The notes beneath the pieces were generated by a model. It saw nothing but the letters and a program-made list of their open reading frames with translations. It made no database searches and was not told the origin of the DNA. Below, piece by piece: positions 1 to 6,227 of a stretch of 14,045 nucleotides of DNA (the first letter of the stretch is position 1; every line of letters starts with the position of its first letter). This DNA is from Selaginella moellendorffii (taxonomy: Eukaryota; Plantae; Lycopodiophyta). The stretch lies in assembly GCF_000143415.4 (NCBI RefSeq), contig NW_003314547.1, positions 1 to 14,045 on the forward strand, in the 5' to 3' direction. The position numbers were made by a program, and so were the translations under genes.

Positions 1-1723
1 GTTTCTTCTCCTTGCTCAGCATTGAATGGATCTCCATCCCGAAGCGTAGAGCTCTCTCCCTCTTCTCACTGGATTCGGTAGCAAGTGTGGAGCAGGCGCT
101 GATCACCGCGACATGGGTCCGATCGTTAGGTTGAATGGTGGTACAAGCTCTCAGGGCAGAGTAGTACTCCAGAGCAACTTCAGCTTGCCCGTTCGAGCCG
201 CAGCCCTGGATGATCGCGTTGTAGGACACAACACTCCGGGTTCCCATGGAGTCGAAAATCTTGCGAGCCTCCTCAAGCTCGCCACACTTGCAGTACATGT
301 CTACCAGGCAATTCGCCACGAACAGATCTACCTGTTTCTTCTTGCTCAGCATTGAATGGATCTCCATCCCGATGCATAGAGCTCTCTCCCTCTTCTCGCT
401 GGATTCGGTAGCAAGTGTGGAGCAGGCGCTGATCACCGCGACATGTGTCCGATCGTCGGGTTGAATGGTGTTATCAGCTCTCAGGGCAAAGTAGTACTCC
501 AGAGCAACTTCAGCTTGCCCGTTCGAGCCGCAGCCCTGGATGATCGCGTTGTAGGACACAACACTCTGAGTTCCCATGGAGTGGAAAATCTTGCGAGCCT
601 CCTCAAGCTCACCACACTTGCAGTACATGTCTACCAGGCAATTCGCCACGAACAGATCTAGCTGTTTCTTCTCCTTGCTCAGCATTGAATGGATCTCCAT
701 CCCGATGCGTAGAGCTCTCTCCCTCTTCTCGCTGGATTCGGTAGCAAGTGTGGAGCAGGCGCTGATCACCGCGACATGAGTCCGATCGTTGGGTTGAATG
801 GTGGTACAAGCTCTCAGGGCAGAGTAGTACTCCAGAGCAAGTTCAGCTCGCCCGTTCGTGTTGCACCCCTGGATGATCGCGGTGTAGGACACAACACTCC
901 GAGTTCCCATGGAGTGGAAAATCTTGCGAGCCTCCTCAAGCTCGCCACACTTGGAGTACATGTCTACCAGGCAAGTCGCCACGAACAGATCTAGCTGTTT
1001 CTTCTCCTTGCTCAGCATTGAATGGATCTCCATCCCAATGCGTAGAGCCCTCTCCCTCTTCTCGCTGGATTCGGTAGCAAGTCTGGAGCAGGCGCTGATC
1101 ACCGCGACATGTGTCCGATCGTTGGGTTGAATGGTGGTACAAGCTCTCAGGGCAGAGTAGTACTCCAGAGCAACTTCAGCTTGCCCGTTCGAGCCGCAGC
1201 CCTGGATGATCGCGTTGTAGGACACAACACTCCGAGTTCTCATGGAGTCGAAAATCTTGCGAGCCTCCTCAAGCTCGCCACACTTGGAGTACATGTCTAC
1301 CAGGCAAGTCGCCACGAACAGATCTACCTGTTTCTTCTCCTTGCTCAGCATTGAATGGATCTCCATCCCGATGCGTAGAGCTCTCTCCCTCTTCTCGCTG
1401 GATTCGGTAGCAAGTCTGGAGCAGGCGCTGATCACCGCGACATGTGTCCGATCGTTGGGTTGAATGGTGGTACAAGCTCTCAGGGCAGAGTAGTACTCCA
1501 GAGCAACTTCAGCTTGCCCGTTCGAGCCGCAGCCCTGGATGATCGCGTTGTAGAACGCNNNNNNNNNNNNNNNNNNNNNNNNNNNNNNNNNNNNNNNNNN
1601 NNNNNNNNNNNNNNNNNNNNNNNNNNNNNNNNNNNNNNNNNNNNNNNNNNNNNNNNNNCTCCGGGTTCCCATGGAGTCGAAAATCTTGCGAGCCTCCTCA
1701 AGCTCGCCACACTTGCAGTACAT
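1..1723. repeat. Coding tandem repeat, 333-bp unit (one unit 330 bp), about 4.7 units before the gap plus a partial unit after it
   Basis: Equivalent positions recur at 113, 443, 776, 1109 and 1442 (offsets 330, 333, 333, 333). Units are roughly 94-98% identical by eye count. The only indel is an in-frame 3-bp loss near 340 (SKEKKQ to SKKKQ). Confidence 0.97.
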
Positions 1724-2095
1724 ATCGATCAATCCCGTCAACAAGTAGATGTTGCTTTTGTGCTCATCACTCTTGAGCACAGCTTCATGGGCTTGTTTTC
1801 CCAAAGAAAGGGATCTGCTCTCAGCTGAGTCTCTCACGCGGTGTATCAGCCTCCCTAAACTCACCGGTTCATCACCAGCTACAGGTGGGGTATGTGGAGA
1901 TTTGTAGCGGACCGCCTTACCTACAGCTGGGTCAGCGAGCGACTCGAGTTTTGCAGAGACCCAGGTTTTCCTGTTGGCGATGCACAGGCTCTCTCCAGTA
2001 GAAACATGTTTGAAATCCGGGTAGGACTCTGAGAAGAACTTGTTTTTCTTCTTGAACCTGTTGTCCCACCAGAAAGTGGGATCCCTGAACTCCAT
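2..2095 (-). CDS. PLS-class pentatricopeptide repeat protein, 3'-incomplete (C-terminus lies left of the window); candidate organellar RNA-editing/RNA-binding factor
   Basis: Hand translation from ATG 2095 gives MEFRDPTFWWDNRFKKKNKF...SLSLGKQAHEAVLKSDEHKSN-IYLLTGLIDMYCKCGELEEARKIFDSMGTRS, then the gap, then repeating P (VVSYNAIIQGCGSNGQAEVALEYYSALRACTTIQPN, 36 aa), L (DRTHVAVISACSTLATESSEKRERALRIGMEIHSMLSKEKKQVD, 44 aa) and S (LFVANCLVDMYCKCGELEEARKIFDSMGTRS, 31 aa) motifs. No stop in any called base from 2095 to 2, and the frame is the same on both sides of the 100-N gap. LxDMYxKCG..EEARK.FD.M / VVS.NA.I.G are hallmark S/P motifs. The start codon is less certain than the family call. Confidence 0.95.
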   Translation of the reverse strand, partial: MEFRDPTFWWDNRFKKKNKFFSESYPDFKHVSTGESLCIANRKTWVSAKLESLADPAVGKAVRYKSPHTPPVAGDEPVSLGRLIHRVRDSAESRSLSLGKQAHEAVLKSDEHKSNIYLLTGLIDMYCKCGELEEARKIFDSMGTRXXXXXXXXXXXXXXXXXXXXXXXXXXXXXXXXXXAFYNAIIQGCGSNGQAEVALEYYSALRACTTIQPNDRTHVAVISACSRLATESSEKRERALRIGMEIHSMLSKEKKQVDLFVATCLVDMYSKCGELEEARKIFDSMRTRSVVSYNAIIQGCGSNGQAEVALEYYSALRACTTIQPNDRTHVAVISACSRLATESSEKRERALRIGMEIHSMLSKEKKQLDLFVATCLVDMYSKCGELEEARKIFHSMGTRSVVSYTAIIQGCNTNGRAELALEYYSALRACTTIQPNDRTHVAVISACSTLATESSEKRERALRIGMEIHSMLSKEKKQLDLFVANCLVDMYCKCGELEEARKIFHSMGTQSVVSYNAIIQGCGSNGQAEVALEYYFALRADNTIQPDDRTHVAVISACSTLATESSEKRERALCIGMEIHSMLSKKKQVDLFVANCLVDMYCKCGELEEARKIFDSMGTRSVVSYNAIIQGCGSNGQAEVALEYYSALRACTTIQPNDRTHVAVISACSTLATESSEKRERALRFGMEIHSMLSKEKK
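1559..1658. other. Assembly gap (100 N) inside the PPR array
   Basis: Run of N. The flanks are only 4 nt apart in repeat-unit register. Confidence 0.99.
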
Positions 2096-2127
2096 GAGAT
2101 TGTTGAGAAATGACACACACACCACAC

Positions 2128-2136
2128 AAACCCTAG
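2128..2136 (+). promoter_or_regulatory. Telo-box-like motif (AAACCCTAG) just upstream of the PPR ATG
   Basis: aaaccctag lies 33-41 nt upstream of ATG 2095. AAACCCTA is a known plant promoter/5'UTR element, but the motif is short and could occur by chance. Confidence 0.35.
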
Positions 2137-2150
2137 CGCCGCACGCATAC

Positions 2151-2527
2151 CCTAGAAATCCCGATTTGTTATTACTTAACTGTAGTAGTAAAAAGCTCGT
2201 GTTTTCTGTTTTTTCTTTTTCCAATTCTTTTCCTTTTTAAACTTTACAATGTCACAGCTTAACTGCAGCAGCTTAGATGTTTATTGTTAAAAAAAAATCT
2301 CTTTGATATATATAGAAAGTGAGCCAGAAGCAATCAGTTGCTCAAGAGCTGAAGAATCAGTACATGCATAATTTTCAGACAATCTTCTAACTGGCTGAAC
2401 TGATATCAGGATTTTATGATTATTATTATTATTACTAACAACACGCACGAACTTCCTAGAAATCCCGATTTGTTATTCTCTGCATTCATTTTTTATATGA
2501 TCTGTTGCTGCATGCACTTAACTGTAG
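2151..2527. repeat. Dispersed direct repeat upstream of the PPR gene
   Basis: cctagaaatcccgatttgttatt (23 bp) is exact at 2151-2173 and 2455-2477. Each copy is preceded by cacgca and followed by acttaactgtag (2174-2185 and 2516-2527). Confidence 0.85.
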
Positions 2528-3319
2528 GTAGTCTGAATTCAGTTCTTCAATATAATCTGCTAACTAAAAGATATCGATACACTCAATATGCAAAAATAAA
2601 CCACACTCTACACAAATTAAATAAAAAATGCTCTTCATGGGGCCAGAAGCCTCAGGGCACCAGTTTCATGCAGAACACTTTCGCAAATGACTCTCGCCGG
2701 GGGCCCATGCGGTGGTAAAACCTCACAAGGCCTCACGTACTTATATTCACCCTTCTGGCTGCTCTGCAACATACCTTACCACACCAAACTCTTCGCACAT
2801 GAAGCCACACACGGAGGAAAAAACCAGCGAGGCCTCACGTGCTTACAGTCAGTCCTTATATGTGTTCTTGGCCTCGCTCAGTTCATCTCCTTTGTTGTCC
2901 ACCTGCGCTTCTTTACTTCATGTTTTTGCTTGCATGCTTCGATTGACATCTTCAGATTTTCAAGTGAACAATTGTGGCATACCGTGGCTACGTTTTTTGG
3001 CAGAGCTTGGAGGTGCTGAAAGTGGCATTAAGTTCGTGGAGGATTGATCTTGATTTGGATTGTATGGATCTCTATAAATTTTGAAACTTGAGTTTATTTT
3101 TCTTCTTTTTCTTCTGTGTTGCCAAAATAACTGGTGTCAAACTTGCTTTTTCAGACTATCTCTAGTACTTCTGGATGCGATCAAGGCCTGCTGCTCATTG
3201 CTTCAAAGGAGGAGATGATAATTGATCCCTAAAGAGCGAGCTTGATGGTTTTGTTGCTTTCATCAAGTTATCATTCCGCTGCAATCTGAAACACCACATC
3301 GTCCACTGTACTTTCACAG

Positions 3320-3788
3320 GTTTCGAGACAGGTACCCGGAAAAGGTGTATTCCATTGTTGTTCCTCAGGACCTGGACTTGTTTTGCCGCCTCAAGTGTGA
3401 GCTGATCAAGATGAGGGAGAAGCTTGCGATGGTGGAGGCTTGGGCTCGAGCAAGGTTGCAGATGCAGTATGAGGATGATTTCTTCTACAACTATGATGAG
3501 TGGGACAGCTTTGTGGATCTTTCCACATTGAGATCGTTGAGCAGAGAGTGTTGTAGCATAAGTTGTCTCCTGGAGAAATGGTCCTGGCTCAAGGAGCAGT
3601 TTGCACGCATCCACACGTCAAGATTGTTGGAGAGCTCAACTAGAAGATGGAAAAAGGCCAAGGTGACTCATGGGGTTTCAAAACCTGCACTCGGCTTGGT
3701 AAGGTTTGGTGAGTTAAATAAGTATGATGAGTTTGAAGAGACAATCGCAAAAAAAAAAAGGGGGACGTCTAGACGTGAAGCGTGCTAG
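3320..3788 (+). pseudogene. Hypothetical exon-like or degenerate coding segment, unknown product
   Basis: 147-aa ORF with protein-like composition, open in frame from an acceptor-like ctttcacAG at ~3319. It ends shortly after an A-run/G-run that may be a frameshift. No recognisable domain. Confidence 0.25.
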
Positions 3789-4250
3789 CTCTCCTGAATG
3801 GCTTCAAAGAGGTGAGGTGTCTTAAAGAGGAGATGATAGAGCTGAGCATGGAGCTGAACTTGGCTTGTGCTCCTTGTAAGAGCTAACTAGCTAGCAAAAA
3901 CAGAGGAGACGGTGAAGAGGATGCCTCTTGAACTCCAAGAGAACAACAGACCTTTTTTTTAAGGAGGGGAGAAGCTGCTAGCAGCTCAGAAGTATGAGCA
4001 GTGCAGCCTGTGCACCAAGACTGCTGGGTGGTTCGGGGCTTGGTTAAAGTAGGCAACCGGGTGGAGGCAGGGGGTTGGGAGCAATCCAAGGCTTGAGGTA
4101 TGACTTGTCTTTTCTACCTGGTGGAACTCCATCCGAGCATTCCTACTTCATTTCATAATAACTCTCATTTTCACTCTAATTAATTCCTTTTTTTCCTTCC
4201 TCTAACTTAAATCTGTTCACACACAATATTGAGCTAACCACTTCACAATT

Positions 4251-4262
4251 GCTCCGATACCA
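4251..4262 (-). other. Primer-binding-site-like motif (initiator tRNA-Met)
   Basis: The reverse complement is TGGTATCGGAGC, one mismatch from the common plant PBS TGGTATCAGAGC. It is preceded on the minus strand by gtgctaTA-tt, possibly a decayed LTR end (..CA). Confidence 0.45.
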
Positions 4263-4349
4263 AATATAGCACATTTGAATTTGGAGTTGAACTCCAAGCC
4301 CGTTGCGCTACGAAATGAGGGTTCGATACAATCCCACAAGTAGCAACTT

Positions 4350-5096
4350 ATGAAACCTACTCCTAGCAGAATGAGTAGTGTGGGTCATTGCTTCCATTAT
4401 AAAGAGTCAGGACATAGATCCTTGAAATGTCCCAACAAGCATAAGACAAGGTTTCATGTTAATGTCATGAGGGAAGACGGTGATGGTGAAGCTGAAGGGG
4501 TTGACGAGTTGGTTAATGTAGATTACAAGGAAGAGGAGGTGAGTTACTTTCGTTGCTTTCCTCAAGCTTTTCTCGCAGCCAATGCAAACACTAATCCGTT
4601 GATATATCTAGTAGGCTTTGTCTGTGGACACTGAATCCGAGTGATGATTGACACAAAAGCTATGCATAGCATGATATCTGAAGACTTAGTTAAGTTGTTA
4701 AGATTGAATGCTGAGCAAATGTCACATATGCACTTCCGGTTTGCATAAGGTGGACAAGTAGCCAAAAAGTTTGTGAGTGATGTTCAAATAAAAATATCCA
4801 AGTGGAAAGAAAGAGTGAACTTGGTAGTGTTGAAGATACCAGATTTTTAAATGGTGTTTGGTATTGATTTCTTCAACAAGTATATAAAAGGGATTTATGG
4901 TGCTGGACAAAGTTGGATCACATTGAAGTCAGAAGGACATCCCAATGTGTCCTTCCAATTGCAAAAGTGCTCTTCAAAGGATTGGGATGCCAAGTTTCTG
5001 ATTACGAGAGCCACTCAAAAAGCAGCTAAGAAGGGATGTCAAACCTTTTGGGTTCAAGTGATGGAAGCTGAAAGTGTTGGTGACTCAGTTCGAATC
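4350..5096 (+). pseudogene. Gag zinc knuckle and aspartic protease remnant
   Basis: One frame with in-frame stops: CFHYKESGHRSLKCP (CCHC with C to Y, 4389-4430), VMIDTKAMHSMIS (decayed D-T-G-A-T-H-S motif) and MVFGIDF (ILG.D flap-like). Confidence 0.88.
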
Positions 5097-6222
5097 TGTC
5101 ACGAATGTGACTTCAGGTATCAAATGTTACCTGTTGGCTAGTCCTTTTGGATACTCTTTCCTTACTGCCATGACGGCAGGAGGTCGGTATTGCTGGACTT
5201 GTTATCAGTTTCCCACTTGAACTAGTTGAGAAACTGGTCAATGACCGTGTACTTAGATCGGATAAATATAAGGTAGGAACCCTATGTGTTTCTTGCTGAG
5301 CATATTCGGCCTAGTTTGAGAAACTCTTGTCATTGGCTTACACTTGCTAGTATCAAGAACCCCTGCGATATTGAGATTGGTCCCTCAATATCGCTGAATG
5401 ATAGCTTACTGTGTTTGCCAAACACCCTCGCTATCATGCCTTTTGTGTTAGTCTCATTTCGGTCCCAAATGTTATTTATGGAAAGTGTCTAGATTTGCTC
5501 ATTTGGCATATTTATGGAATGTAGAGATTGTCTTGAACACAATGGTGTTCGTCCCGTGTCCAAATTCGCAATCTAAGGACATTCCATATTTAATAAGTTT
5601 CAAGCTTGTCCCAGAGACTAACTCTTGATACTAAGGAAAGCTTGGGGTGAAAGCCTAAAGTGTGTGTTCCTCAACCGGGGGGGGGGGGCTTGTGGGGGGT
5701 TCCAAATGTATAGTAGGGATAGTGGGTAAGTCGGGCATGGCTGACCAACCTGAGGCATAGTCTAGCTTTCGCTTGCATGCCTGTCCTTGTTCTGTGTCTG
5801 GCTTGGGTATAAGCCCAAGTTCCATTCCATGCTAGCTGGTGGAGTACCCATGTCCTCGCGTTAGGCCACCGATATGCCAAAATAGCACAAGACTCCGTTT
5901 GGCTCTGTTTTGCGTGTTGGTCCTGGCATTGGGATGCTGGTTGCTCCAGAACTGTTCCAAGTCACTTCGGGCTCCTGTCCCTTCACTCCTTAGGCTATAT
6001 GCTCGGGAGTTGCTTCATGGACCGGTTCCGTCACTCCTTGGCTCCGTTCTTGGGAGTTTGGCACCATTCCTTCGTTCAGTGGCCCAAGGCCCTAAACCTC
6101 AAGTTCCGCACCACTGTCCTATGGACACGTGGCATATGTCACGTGGCATAAAGAGGGTTTAGGTTCCGCTTCGTGGTGTTATCCTATGGTAAACCACCAT
6201 AGGATAAACCACGTGTGCTACA
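5097..6222. mobile_element. Nested 1126-bp insertion, probable solo LTR, with 5-bp TSD GAATC
   Basis: Begins TGTCAC and ends GCTACA. It is flanked by gaatc at 5092-5096 and 6223-6227. Removing it plus one TSD copy restores the host frame GDSVRI-GDGVNPIPKKILELL. No convincing coding content. Confidence 0.88.
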
Positions 6223-6227
6223 GAATC

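Noticed and set aside
1-1723. CRISPR array or non-coding satellite interpretation of the repeat
   Set aside because: There are no unique spacers, the unit is a multiple of 3 and it translates to canonical PPR motifs.
113-1828. Series of short repeated ORFs in the track (113..355, 246..464, 609..809 and others)
   Set aside because: These are antisense or off-frame shadows of the PPR array. The true frame is the stop-free minus-strand one.
1880-1922. AG/GTAAG splice-donor-like site within the PPR N-terminal region
   Set aside because: The frame is open through it and the nearest acceptor-like site is only ~40 nt away, so no intron is needed.
2687-2730. Walker A-like GGPCGGKTS in ORF 2687..3019
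   Set aside because: No downstream NTPase features. The motif lies within a degenerate DNA duplication whose second copy reads HGGKNQ, so it is probably coincidental.
5286-6162. Short ORFs inside the nested insertion
   Set aside because: No recognisable domains, mostly non-ATG starts, and consistent with chance ORFs in an LTR.
6172-6222. Helitron 3' end
   Set aside because: A subterminal hairpin is present, but the element has TG..CA ends and a 5-bp TSD rather than TC..CTRR with no TSD.
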